A stretch of DNA of 64,000 bases from Octopus sinensis. Taxonomy: Eukaryota. Of the stretch, positions 13,257-26,870 are shown one piece after another. The notes under the pieces were generated by a model. The model was not told the origin of the DNA, searched no databases, and saw nothing but the letters and a program-made list of their open reading frames with translations. The stretch covers positions 100,006,001-100,070,000 of the forward strand of contig NC_043001.1 in assembly GCF_006345805.1 (NCBI RefSeq), read 5' to 3'. The position numbers and the translations under genes are program-made. Each line of letters begins with the position of its first letter. Within the stretch, counting starts at the first letter, position 1.

Positions 13257-13399
13257 TCATCATCATCATCATCATTTAGCGTATATATATATATATATAT
13301 ATGTATATAATATATGTATTCTTTTATTCTTACATACATTTCAGCCCAAAGCTGTGGCCATGTTGGAGTACTTCCAGTGTAATCACCTTTTCAATGACC

Positions 13400-13770
13400 A
13401 TTCTTATGTGATTGGCCTTTGGTAAAGGTGGGAGTTCAACACTGCTGCCCTCTTTTGAGTTACTTGCCATAATATAGGTTCATCTGGGACCTTTGGACAG
13501 CAGGAGATCAAATTGTTTCTTGAAAACCTGTAACACTACTATGCCATGAAGCTCTCCGAGATGTTTTGGCAAGGCATTAAATAGCTGTGGGCTCTTGAAT
13601 CTTAAGTTACTGTATGGTCCTTGCTCTAGATGGGATAGTTGGGACCTTTGGAACAGTGCAATGACATCCAGTTCAGGGGTTAGTTTTGATGCCAAAGTTT
13701 GGTGCCAACCCCTCTAGAATCTTCCATGCATATATTACTGTGTATTTCTCCCATCTTCACTCCATGAAGT
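13400..13770 (-). mobile_element. CR1/L2-group LINE 3' fragment
   Basis: Minus-strand peptides ERYTVIYAWKILEGLAPNFGI and PQLFNALPKHLGELHGIVVLQVFKKQFDLLLSK, typical of the CR1-type RT C-terminus. Confidence 0.75.
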
Positions 13771-13817
13771 AGAGTTGTGTGTGTATATGTATGTGTGTGT
13801 GTATGTATGTATATATG

Positions 13818-14120
13818 CTGAGACCCCATTCAGTCATTATTGACCATGGGACTGCACCTAGAAAGTTACACTCTGAGGCACAAGTCCGGGCAAGGTTGTT
13901 TATGGATGACCTGCAGTCGCCCATGCATACCAGCCTTCCCACTTCAAGCCACCAGTGTTATCCAAGGGAAAGGCAAAGGTCGATACAGCTTGGCACCTGT
14001 GACGTCGCAGCTCATTTCTACAGCTGAATGAACTGGAGCAACATGAAATAAAGTGTCTTGCTCAAGAACACAACACGCAGCCCTGTCCGGGATTTGAACT
14101 CACAACCTCACAATCGTAAG
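13818..14120 (-). mobile_element. tRNA-derived SINE (family E) with a conserved central domain
   Basis: Minus-strand B-box from gggatttgaactc, followed by gttgtgttcttgagcaagacactttatttc...ttgctccagttca. Confidence 0.75.
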
Positions 14121-14261
14121 TATGTGTGCGTGTGTGTATAATGATAATAAGGATTATTTTGAAGAAGCATAACATTACCTTTAGTTCCCTTTTCTATGTA
14201 CATATACAACTGCAATAAGACCTACATATGTTCCTACTGCAATGATTCTATGTATATACAC

Positions 14262-14605
14262 AGGTGCAGACGTGGCTATGGTTCCAGGTTCTGTTCCACT
14301 TTGTGTGCACCCTGGGTAAGTGTCTTCTATTATAGCCCTGGGCCAACCAAAGCTTTGTGAGTGGGTTTGGTAGATGGAAGTTCATCTTATATTCATGTTT
14401 ATATCTCTATGTAGGTGTTTGTTTCACACCAAAACTTGACAGCCAGTGTTGGTTTGTTTATGGTACTGTAACTTAGTGGTTCAGCAAAAGGATGGTAAAA
14501 TAAATACAGGCTTAAAAAGAAATGTACAGCTGGAGTCAAAATCCTTTAAGGCAGTGCCCCAGCGTGGCCACAGTTTAATCAGTGGAAAAGGTAAAAGATA
14601 AAAGA
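14262..14605 (+). mobile_element. SINE family A, decayed
   Basis: ggttccaggttctgttcc...ctgggtaagtgtcttct...ccagcgtggccacagt...gtaaaagataaaag. Confidence 0.8.
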
Positions 14606-14759
14606 TATAAATATATCTATGCATGGATGGGAGGTTGAAGTGTTCACTTCCCAACCATGTAGTTTGGGTTCCATCTGAGAATTTCTTGGCCCTTGAGTCA
14701 AATGTGTAACTTTCTGGTAATTAAAAGAAATGTTAACGAAGACAGTCAACTTCATTTAA

Positions 14760-14979
14760 CCCTTTTGTTACTGTATTTATTTTGAGATGCTCTGTGTTTC
14801 TTTCAATTACTTTAACTATAACAAAGAATTCAGTAAAATAACTTGGTTATCATTAAGCTAGTGTTAGGAACATAAATTGTGACTAAGGTTTGGTGGAAGA
14901 TTTTAATTCAAAACTTGTGAAAACAAGACATTTGTACTCAGAGCCAAAACCGGTTTCAGCCGGGTTGGTAATGAAAGGG
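14760..14979. mobile_element. piggyBac-type MITE (220 bp)
   Basis: TTAA at 14756-14759 and 14980-14983; TIRs CCCTTTTGTTAC / GTAATGAAAGGG. Confidence 0.85.
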
Positions 14980-15224
14980 TTAAGCATTTATTTGTAATAT
15001 GGTGTCAAAATTTTTGTTACTCAGATTTTTTATTGCAAAAAGGGAAAAGGTCACAGTCTCAAACAACGAAGATTTCAAAAGTATTTTACAAATAAATGTT
15101 TGAGCAAAGTTGACAATCTTTTTCTGTTTCTGAACTGCTAACTTATGTTTTCAATGAGGCAGACACTTTAACACTTCATCTCAGATCAAAACTCTTGCTA
15201 TGAAAGTACATCTTCATAATATAT

Positions 15225-15415
15225 ACATGTACATACATACATACAAATGTACGTATGTATGTATGTACATACATACATACGTACATTTGTATGTATGTAT
15301 GTACATACATACGTACATTTGTATGTATGTACATACATATGTACATTTGTATGTATGTATGTACATACATATGTATGTATGTACATACATATGTATGTTT
15401 GTATGTATGTATGTG
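15225..15415. repeat. (ATAC)n/(GTAT)n alternating satellite containing an 80-bp perfect palindrome
   Basis: 15227-15266 is the exact reverse complement of 15267-15306. Confidence 0.9.
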
Positions 15416-15636
15416 TCTTTGTACATTTATCCATCTGTTTAAAAATATGTACGTGTGTATGTGTGTGTGTGAGAGAGAAAGAGATGCTGTGAATATTGGA
15501 AGGCAGCTTAGAGAGGGCAAAGAGGATGACAATCCAGGTTAACCCTGAATATTGCTCCTTAGTCTCATTTTCTTGCCTCTATATTCTTTTTTGCAGATGG
15601 TGACTTCCAGCACTGTATAATGTTTAAATTTTATGT

Positions 15637-15980
15637 TTGGCCAAGAAGTTTGCTTCCCAATCACATGGTTCCAGGTTCAAATCCACTCTGAGTTACCTCA
15701 GGCAAGTGTCTTCTACAATAGCCCTGGGCCACGCAAAGGTTTGTGAGCAGATTTTATAGGCAGAAACTGAATGTATGTGTGTGTATGTTTGTGCGTGTGC
15801 ATGCATGTGTGTGTCTTTGTATTTGTCCCCATCCCTCTGCAGTTTGGCAAGAGTTTTGGTGGAATGAGTAGCAGAATTAAAGTTATCTACTGAGGTCAAT
15901 TTCCTTGAGCAAAGCCTTCAAGCTGATGCCCCAGCATGACCACATTCTAATGACCGAAACAAATAAAGGAGAAAAATAAG
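15637..15980 (+). mobile_element. SINE family A, decayed
   Basis: tttgcttcccaatcacatggttccaggttcaaatcc...caggcaagtgtcttct...ccagcatgaccac...gaaacaaataaagg. Confidence 0.8.
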
Positions 15981-16180
15981 AACCAGCATGAGAAGATTGG
16001 GTTGATGATGATACTGACGGAAAAATCTCAAATGGCTCCACTTTTGCAACTGACTGGAGTCATTATAGCGAAAAGGTTTAATGAATTTAGAATTTATTTC
16101 TGTATCCTGGTATATAAAATGGTGCTGTCATTTTGGACTTATCAATCACTACATTCACATGTGTACATCTGTCTGCTTGT

Positions 16181-16317
<137 letters not shown>

Positions 16318-19300
16318 GGATATAAAGCCTGCTTTGTATATTTGTGATGGCTGATACGCTGATAAAACATGAAACATGGTACAAGAAATTATTTATTATT
16401 AGAAGGATATGGGAAAATTAGGATGCTATTGTGGCTTTTGATTGACTGATGGAGAATAATTGAAAAAGAAAAATGGAACAATAAAAGAAGTTAAGTAAAA
16501 AGAATGGCTTTGATTAAAGATAAAAAGAAATCAGAAATATTAAAGGTGGAAGGTAATATTTATGAAAATATGTAAAAAAAAAAAAGGCAGTAAGTCAGAT
16601 TTGGGAAATATGAGGTGGAAGAAGTTACTTTCCACCTGTACTTCTGCTGAGGAGCAGCAGTGACCAAAAGCAGAGAAACAGTTACCTCACCTAGGAACAG
16701 AATTATCAAATGCTAAGTGATAGTGATGATACATGTATACTAATATATACAATCACACATTTACCAAAAAGGGACAACAGATACATGATGATAGAATGGG
16801 GACATTAAAAAGAATTTCTCATTAGAGTTATTTGTGCTTAAATTTAATGTGACATCTAGAAAGTTTACAGTAAAAAGATTGCTGGAAACTAATATTTAAG
16901 GTAAATCATCAAAAAATATTCAGTTCCATGTCCGCCAATTGACACTTTTAAAAATCATATTAATGTGAAACCAATTAAGTGGACGAATATTAAGATCAAT
17001 AAATCTTTTGATAGACTCTCGGCATTTTCAATTTCCTTTCGTTCCTTTACAACTGATTTGTGGCTGTTTTTGATTTATATATGGTCAATTCAAACAAACA
17101 AACAATTCAAATAAATGAAAACAACAAAAAAAAAGAAACAAATGTGAGGATGTACGCAAGAAATGTATTATCTTGATGATTAGTGAAAGGGGAGAGTTTG
17201 AGGTCTTTGTTGGGAAGGAGAAAGGGAAAAGTCCAAAGAAGGAAAAAGAAATCCCAGCACACATGTAGTTACATTGCTGAAGTGACCAGAAGTAAAAAGA
17301 GATTTGAGAAAGTGGTTTTCTAGGAGAGGAGAGTGCGAAGATGGTCATTATGTGTGTGGTAGTAACTGTATGCATGTGTGTGTGTACGAGTTGTCTGTGT
17401 ATGTGTAGTAGGATCTGTGTGCATGCGTGTATGTGTTAGTGTGAGTAGTATGCGTGTGGTAGTATTGGTGCGGGTGTTTGTGTCAATCCAGGAGCAGGGT
17501 AGTAGCAGGTCATTGGCAACAGCCAAAAGAAGTGGAAAGTGTGTGAGTGGGTGGGTGTAGCTGTGTGTGTGTGTGTGTGTGATTCTTTCTTTCTATATAT
17601 ATGTGTGTGTATATATATATATGTAGGCAATTTGAAAATTGAAAATAGCGAAACAACAAAAGCCAAAAGTATTAACCCATGGAATGCATTATATATATCA
17701 GAGGCAAAGGGTCTAAATAAGGGTACAAGTGGGAGGCAAGTGGAAGTTGGCCATAATGGAAGAAATATATATAAACAATAGTTGTATCAGAAAAATTTTA
17801 AGTCAAAGATATGCGCTATATATGAGTGAAAAAAATGAACAAAATTAGATAGACTACGTCAAAAAAAAAAAGAAAGAAATCGCAAGTGATTTAAATTGAA
17901 AATAACAGAAGTAAACCTAAAATGAAAGATCAAAGATTATGGTTGGAGTTAGAAATGATGCAAGCATTGAGTGACCAGCTTATGTGAAACTGGTCCAACT
18001 GAGGTATAGATTACAACTTTTAATGCAAAAATTGTATCTAACAATAACTGCACAGTTGTAGCTAAAACTGCATTAAACTGACATTTACTCACAATTAAAA
18101 CATAGACATTAGTTTAGGTAAAAATTCTGCCATCATGGCATTTATAAAAAGGATCTGGAAATGCATCCGTATCTAAATATTAGTAAAGTCAGGATTTTAT
18201 AATTATTGTTTTGTAGCAGTCTTTATTTGCCAAAACTATCTTTTTAATACAGCAGATTATTGTAACAATACTATACAATCATTAACAGATGCCGAGAAAC
18301 AGAATGGTTGCTGAGTCTATATTTATATGAGTACTGTGCTTTTTGTTAACTACATCGGTATGTAGCATTATGATAATTATATCAATAGAATCTATATTGC
18401 CTTTAATTTGTTGTTACCTGATCTGTATTACTTTCAGATTTTTGCATTTTTTAAATTGCTTTTGTCATGCTAGTCCGAATTTTGAAGCTACAAATATTTT
18501 ATAAATTGCTCACTGATTTCTCATTTATTACACCATGCTTAAGTCCTGTGTAGAAACATGTACATTAACCATGACCAGAATAGTATCTATTTTGGAAAAG
18601 TTGCAAAATAGAGTAATATGCTATGGGGAACAACACACGATTATAAATGTAGTAGGATCTAAACCCTTGATTTTGGGGCCAACAATCAAAAACATAAATG
18701 CTTCAGCTATCTCATGATTTGAAACTATTAAAATATTTTCAACTTTATATTTTCTTGCACCAGTTCCAGAGAGAATATTTAACCTTGTTTTGATTACTTC
18801 AAATCAGTTTTCTGGAATTGAAAATATCCAGGGAAAACATGTTAAGTCGGAAGTCAAAAATATATTTTTTTGTAATATTAGAGGCCTAATGCTCTAATAC
18901 CTTCCATTTGGCTGGAAGCATGCTGCAGTAGTAATACTGTTCTCTTACATAAGAATACACAGATTTCATAAGAGACAGAGGATTTGTTTTGAAAGAAGGG
19001 ATTTTCTATAAAAAATGTGAAAAAAAGATTATCAGCCACTGAACAATGTTGCAGCAAGCACAAACAGCTGAAAGCTACGAGTGTGCCAGAACTATTCACA
19101 GAGAAAAATATATATATATGGAAAATAGTTGAACTTTGGGAAAACAAAACTCAAATTAAATAAATGACAATAGAAAAAAATAATCTCAACTAAAAGAAAA
19201 TATACAAGAAAAAGAATAAAAATTAAAATTTTAATTGAATTTAAAAAATAAAATGATGGGAAAAATGTCAGTTTAAAAAAAAAAAAAAAAGAAAAGCATA

Positions 19301-21472
19301 TAGAATTTTCCAAGAATTTGTAACCATGAAATCTGATTGCTTGACACTTCTATTTCAGTGAGAACTTTGCAGAGGGACATATATATTGCTCGGGGGAAAT
19401 TTTCTAGCGTTATATCCCTCATTCCACATTCTGATTGCTGCCACCTTCTATCTAATGAATGCAAGTACATTTTTTGAGGAGTGGGGCTATTTCATTCTTT
19501 ATTTATTAATTATTATTATTATTTACACATTAGCCAGAAGTGCCAGTGTTCAAGCGAGTCAGGTTTCTAACTGCTCTTCACCTCCACTTCTGTGGTGGCT
19601 AAAGATGGTTTTTAATTGACTTCTATTGGTAAACAAGGACAGCTGCAATGGTTTCTCTACGCAGTGGCTTGATATTATATGGCTACATGCGGCTGTCAAC
19701 GCTGTCTGTAAACTTAAATTGGCCTCTGTCACTATTTGAAGTGCCATCTGCCTTATTCCTAAGAGAAATAAATGATGTGCTGAAATGGTATTTAATGGAT
19801 AGCCAAGCCTATGGTGAACCTAAGACAATATTAACAACAACAACAATCTGTTAATTGGACATAAATTTGAAAATTGAAACAGACTTGTGAGTTCAATTCA
19901 CTGAGCAATTTATGTGACATCAGTAGGATACTAACAACAACAACAACAGCACCAAGAAAAATACCAATGATAAAACTTATGAAAAATTCTTTTTCTTTTC
20001 TTTTTAATGATATAATTTGTTTTAGTAATAGTATTTTGACTGAAAATAAAACCATTAAAATTTTCATAATTATACTACAGACAGGACATAATACTTTATT
20101 GACTTCATCAAAGACAACCACTGGTCCATGTTTTATAGCTCCCAAAAGGAAGACAATATAAATTGATTCCTATAGGGATCAAATTAAAAATATATCCAGA
20201 ACTGTTCCCTATCATCTACCTCAATTTGGTTCTTCTGAAATTTAAAAAATAAAAGGAAAAATAACTGTTGTCTATAATGAAATATTTCTCAAGATGAATA
20301 ATTTTCCTAAAGAAAAGTGGTTTGTAATCCGATTAGTGTCAACAGTTAAAATAATATCATTGTTCATTTTTAGGACCTTTTAACAGAGCTTCCTTGATAT
20401 TGTGAGAAAAATAATAAAAATGTCCACAATTTAAATGGCTCATATCCCATGCATTTAGCAAACCCTACTTTTTTCTGTCAAAGGCTCATATGCTCCAATA
20501 TTAGACTATTTACCTTAGTCAATGCATGATGATTGCCTATAAGCTTATATATATATATATATATACTATTTACTATATATTTTGTATAATGCCTTTACTG
20601 TTATGTAATGGTGTAATAAAGTATTGATTGGGTATCATCTGATGGTTGATATTTGATTGATTTAAGTATGTTTCTCCATTTTCTAATTTTGTAGTATATA
20701 TATATATATACACACACACACATTTATATATATATACTATATAAATATGAGTGTATGGGGTTATGTATGTGTAATTAGCCCCAAAAGGCTCAGAAACAGG
20801 GCATCCTCAAGAAATGGGAATTTGATTTTCGAAATATGCATCCCAAAGAAAAGGTCATCTATAAATAGAAACAAAAAGAAAAAAACAACACAATTTCCTC
20901 CAAGAAATAACTCAACATTTAGACTGACAACTCTCCCTTTCTCTATCAATCACCAACAATTTACCGTACTATTTGAAACCCATACTCTTTGTATATGTAT
21001 TAACTCTCAAGCCTTGCTTTTATTTTCTTTAAAATCTGTTCTAATGTTTACATTCATTATATGACAGCTGTTACACACAAATCCTGTTTTCTGATTGAAT
21101 AAAAAGGGTTAAACTTTAAACCTCTGTAACATATTTCTAAAATTTTTCTTGTACAAATGAATTTCAAACTCAGATTCAGTATGCAAAAGTACATTAATAC
21201 ACCAAACTTGAAAATTTTTACTTAATTTTAAAATTTCAAAATCTGTGACAGTGACAAATTAGATTGTCTATCTCATCCATTTTCTCTTAGTAAACTTTCT
21301 CACTCCCTATAAAAGTATATTACTCATGCTGAGTGTGGATGTGTTTGTCAGTGTGTGTGTGCATGTGTATGCATGTGTGTAAGGAATTTCATTAGGGTGA
21401 CAGAGTGGTTTGAAAAAATGTGTAAAAGATAATTCATTTCCTTTTAGCGTACTTTTCTGTGAGTAAATATGC

Positions 21473-21513
<41 letters not shown>

Positions 21514-21984
21514 GCACTTGTTTGATGTGGTATGGGGTTAAAGATTTAAGTAATATTTTTTTGTTGTCATTGTTTTCACTCTCAATAAAAGTATATCACT
21601 CCTGCTGAGTATGCGTGTGTTTGTGTGTGTGTGTTTATACATGTCATTTAAAAAAAAGGTAGAAATAATTTATTTTAGTAACATATTTTTCTGTTAGTAA
21701 ATAAGTTTTTTTCCTATACACACCCACATGTGCTCATGCACATGGACTGGCTTGATGTGGGATTCAAGATTTAAATATCAAATTTTTGTTGTTGTTGCTG
21801 CTTAAACCCCAGTAATTAACCACTTCATTATCCTTCTATAAAATGTGTTTATTATGGGAAGATAAATATTGGAAAATATCAATATATATTAGAGTGACAA
21901 AGAAATGAGGAAAGTACCAGGTGGTCGTGGGATGTGCTAGAAACAACACTAAATGATTACGATGATATATATATATATATATAT

Positions 21985-22200
21985 ATCATCATCATCATCA
22001 TCATCATTTACCATCTTCCTTCCATGCTGGAATGAGCTGGATGGTTTAACGGATGCTGGCAAGTTCTACTGTCTGCTTTAGCATGATTTCTAAACCTGGA
22101 TGCTCTTCCTAAATCCAACAACTTTACGGAGTGTATCGGCTGCTTTTTACATGACACCAGTACCAGTGAAGTGACTCAGTCTCTTACAAGTTAAGATCTG
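21985..22200 (-). mobile_element. RTE-tailed short element (family C)
   Basis: (cat)n...ttccatgctggaatgagctggatggtttaac...ggatgctcttcctaaatccaac. Confidence 0.75.
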
Positions 22201-22580
22201 CCCATCGAGGAGCGAGTAATATAGAAGTAGATGGCTTTGTGCCAGGTGATGAGATGATAGACAGTGAACAGAGGCACAGAAATCGGTATCTTGTTGTAGA
22301 GGAGATTCATGGCTATCTTAGTTGGTGAGAGAGGAGTGAGAAAGAGTATAGAGAGAAGGAGAGAGTGGAGTGAGAGAGCAGATGTGTTTACATATATATA
22401 TATATCATCATCGCCAGCATCATTTAATGCCTGCCTTCCATGCTAGCATGGGTATATAATTATAGCAAAGAATATTGAAATTTTTGCAAGTACATAAATT
22501 TCGAAAGAGAGAAAATTTAAAAGTGGGAAATGGAAAGTAAAATTGTGATCCTGGAAGCTTAAGCAGTTAGCCAAGAAATA

Positions 22581-23059
22581 TCAAGTCATTAAGAATGAAA
22601 TGTCCGATTTTCTTATGCTCCAAGTTTAACAGTTGTTGTTAACTCGAACGTTTTATCCTGACAATTCTTTGTTTTACAACATTGAAGAGTTACATCATTG
22701 TTTTTCGAAATGCAAATCATGGTGTCTGATTATATTGTGAGTTTTCTCTTGTAAATCCGTTTTTGTGAACCCACGGAGAGATCAAAAATTCATGTTGTTT
22801 ATGAATATGAGTTCTGTCATGGAACCAAAGCAAGGAAAAAACTTCAAATCTGAAGAACATGCAAAAACTACTTCTTGTGATTTCATCCCCTCTTGCTCTC
22901 CAGAATTCTTCACTACCAGCATTAATAAGCTACCGACAAAATGGCAAAATTGTGTTGATAATTTAGGTGCATACTTTAATTAACTGCATTGCTTTTTGTA
23001 GAGATAAAGTAAAATAAACTTTCAGTTCAAAATTGGTCATTTCATTCTTAATGACCTGA
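22581..23059 (+). mobile_element. Internally deleted mariner element (MITE-like) with both TIRs
   Basis: TA TSD at 22579-80 and 23060-61; ~31-bp TIR tca(a/g)gtcattaagaatgaaatg(t/a)cc(g/a)atttt. N-terminal remnant KIHVVYEYEFCHGTKA is fused to the C-terminal FFTTSINKLPTKWQNCVDNLGAYFN*. Confidence 0.9.
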
Positions 23060-25529
23060 TAAACAAATTAAGAACTCCAGAGAATATAAATTCTTTTGAG
23101 TAAAGTCAAGCATAGAAATGACTCAGAATAAAATAGTAAAAGAAAATACCCATATGAATATTTTTACATTCTTATCATGTAAATTTAGGTTACACAATTT
23201 CAATACTTTTTGCACTGTATTATTATTATTATTATTATAATACTTCTTCATTTATTGAAATGACAGCTACACTTATTCAAAATGGTAGCCTATGAATAAG
23301 CAACAGCCATTTGGTGAAATCACTTCATAGGGTTCAATAATAATATTATAATAATCAACTGGAATAAACTTTCATTATTGCCCTACAGGATGCAATTAAA
23401 AGAATTCTTGAACAATTTCCAGTGATGCAAAACGATATGTAATCTAGATGCAGCGTGAAGATTTTAAAATATAATTTAAGGCTTTAAAAAATCTAAACTA
23501 ATTTTTGAACAACTTGTTAAAAGATGTTATCCATAATGTAATCTTATACAGTTAGGATTTATAAAACAAGGCTATTAATAGTTTATAATATTTTTTCTAA
23601 ATGTTTCCTTTAAAAGTATTTAATTAGGGTTATACCATCCAACCCATGCCAGCATGGAAAACGGACGTTAAACGATGGTGGTAGTGATGATGATGATGAT
23701 GATGAATTAATGATTTACTCGCCTACACAGCAATAAATATAAATTTGGGAATTATATTTGAAATGCAAACCTTGTTAGCGTCAGCAATGTCATCAATGAA
23801 CAATGCAATTAGCTGGAGAACTAAATTATTATCACATTAATCTTGACCAGATTCTATTTCAGAACAAAATAAAAAAAAAAGACACCCCAATAATTGAAGC
23901 ATTGAGACAAGAAAGCATCAAAGTAGCAGAGATTTGAACTTCAATTCACAGAATGTTATTGATGATAGTTTGGCAGGAACCCAATCTAAATGTTGGATTG
24001 TCATCTGTCATAAAAACCGGAAATATTTCAGGTTTAGATATTTTATAAGATTTAAGAAAATTATTGGTTTCTTACAAAAGCACAATACCATAGCAATATT
24101 GTAGAAATGGTAGAGAGTCAAGTCTCTGTCTTTTTTTTTCATCTGTTAGTCATAAAAATACCAAAGCCAGCATTTGTGGAATTTGAACTCAAGCATACAA
24201 GAACGAAACTAGATATTATAAGTCATGTAATTTACTGTTTACTTTCCTACTATTACTGGTAATTATTAAATTAGTTGAAAATCACTATTTCTAATTTATC
24301 AAAGTGTACTAGATAACATTCATTGTAAATGGTAAGCATTAATTTCTGAAGAAAAACTCCAGGTCTGAATGAGTGAAGTAAAATATTTAGAAGAATGTCA
24401 GAATGAAGAAATTAGGGATTAACAAGTAAAATCAGATCTTGAAAGAAAAGTAAATGAAATTAATAACATGTTCTCTGAATCTTTAACTTCTGTACCTTGC
24501 AAACAAGCCTATGTCAGCATTTTAGAATTTTAACATGAGAGAGAAGGATATACATGATGAGACAGTAAATTTACATATTGTGTTATTACAATAGAATACA
24601 ACTCACTAATCAACATTAAACAACTATTCATTTCTTTTACAAATTAAAATCTATATATATTACTAATTGAGTTTGCTCATTTTTTTTTTCAGTATTTCTG
24701 ATACATTGTCTGTAGACAGATTATTAAATAGCAAGAGGAAAGTGTTCACTAAAATTCACTAAAAACACTTTGAATTCAATTGGAAGTTGAAAAAAAAAGT
24801 AGTTTGAAGCAAAAAGTTGTAACAATAGTAAAGTCTGCTGGAGATATTTTTCATGAAAAAATATTGTCAATGCATAGAAATATGTATAAATAAAAGTAAC
24901 TGATATTTTTCTCTAATTTAAAATCTATATATTGATTTATTTATACTTAAATGACAGCCTACTTCTTTCTAAACTCACATTTCTAACTGTATATTCTGTT
25001 TTCTTTTTCTGTTTTAATATTCATACATTTATGAGTCTTCATTTTCTCATTACACTTCACTTTCCAATGACTGTCTGATGGGAGTGTTATCATACCTTAT
25101 AGTTTAGCACACTCTCATTACATAATATATACCTCTGCTGGATAGTCTTGCAACCGTAGACCAGCAGAATTGTACAAATAATTAGACACTGCTGCAATGT
25201 CTATTTTGATGTAGACCAACAAGCTGACACCAATGTGGAGAATAAAATAATGCTTCACACTATTTATCATCATTTGCATAGAAAATCCCAGTAGTTAATG
25301 TGGAAACAATAAAGGCTGAACACTTCAAATAAACTCAGCATTAGTCACTGTGCATTCATTAAGTTCATTAGTCTATAAATGATTGTCTCTAAACAACGCA
25401 TATTCTTTAACTTCTGAGATTATTAGCTATTTTTAAGAAAAGTGTGAGCTTGCAAGATTGATTGTAAAGAAAGGTAAACAACATTTCAAGAATTCTTTTA
25501 CAGAAAACTTCAGACTAAAATGAGTAGCG

Positions 25530-26870
25530 ATATGTGAGAGGAATTATTAAAAATTAAAATTGGTGTACAGGTAGGTATCCACCAAGCATCAGTCTTTAGA
25601 CCCTTCCTATTCATCATCATCCACCGCAGGCCATAACAGGAATCTAAGGCTGAAAGTTCACGGGGACTTCTATATGATGATCTTGCCTTCATAGTAGAAT
25701 CTGTTATAGAATTAGAAAAGAAATTCCAGGTGTGAAAACAGAACCTGGAATCAAAGAGTCTTAAAGTAAACTTAGCAGAGACCAAGGTCGTAGCAAGCAA
25801 GAACTCAGACAGGATCCTTCTAATAAATGGCCCTGCTTGATATATAGGAAGGGTGTAGGCAGAAACTCCATTCAGTGTACCCAGTGCAAGCTATGGACAC
25901 ATAAGAGGTGTGGTGGAATAGTTGGAAGGTTAACAGAGAAAGTAGTGTTTGTATGTGGAAGATGCAGAGGAGCCATAAAGATCACAGATACATGGGAGTC
26001 TGATATCCTCAAATGTCCTGGTGGCTCTCTGAAAGTTGTAGATAATATCTGTGCTACCTTGGTGGCTTAATTAGCAGTGGAGGAGGTTGTACAGAAAGTA
26101 TAATTGCTAGAATAAGAATAGGATGGACAAAAAATCAGAGAGCTTTAACCTTTGTTGGCAAATAATGGTCACTCTCTGAGTGGGAGGAAGATTGTATGAG
26201 GCATGTGTATGAACTGTGATGCTGCATGGTAGTGAGATGTGAACCATGAATGTGGAGGACACGTGAAGGCTGGAGAAGAATGAAGCTGGTAATCTTTGTT
26301 GGATGTGTGATGTCAGTGTGCTTGTGTGACAGAGTATTGGTGTATTGAGTGAGAGAAGTCGAGAGAGAAGTTGACAGAAGAGGAATTAAATACTGTGTGC
26401 AAGAGAGGAGACTGTTTGGTCTGGTCATGTGATGTGGATGGATGAGGATAGTTGCATTAAAAAGTGCTGATCACTGAAGTGGAGGGAAGTTGTGGAAGAG
26501 GGAGAGCCAGGAAGAGATGAGACAAAGTATTGAAGGTCAATCTCAAAGCACTGAGCCTTATGAAGGAGATGACAGAAACCGAACGTATATGGCACACTGC
26601 TGTACTCAAGAAGACTCACCCATAAACAGAATCGAGATCCTAAAACCCAAGGTGCCACATAAAAAGCAAGGGTGTGGGTGCTGGTGCCATATAAAAGGCA
26701 CTCATTACATGCTGTAAAGTGGTTGGCTGTAAGAAGGGCATCTAGCCATAGAAACCAAGCTAACACAGGCTATGGAACCTGGTGTGACTCCTTATATTGC
26801 TAATTCCTCTCAAGCCATCCAACTCATGCCAGCATGGAAAACAGATGCTAAATGTTGTTGTTAATGATGA
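25530..26870 (+). mobile_element. 5'-truncated, decayed RTE-clade LINE: RT domain, PHD-like Cys/His module, C-terminus and 3' tail
   Basis: Remnants of GVHQGSVL and LYDDDL; RKGVGRNSIQCTQCKLWTHKRC...VFVCGRC; C-terminal region; tail ccatccaactcatgccagcatggaaaacagatgctaaatg. Confidence 0.9.

Noticed and set aside
16640-16690. CTGAGGA...GAAAC spacing
   Set aside because: No stem II or stem III and no NUH triplet in register.
20075-20240. Minus-strand frame KNQIEVDDREQFWIYF*FDPYRNQFILSSFWEL*NMDQWLSLMKSIK, vaguely PH-domain-like
   Set aside because: Two in-frame TAA stops and no other support.
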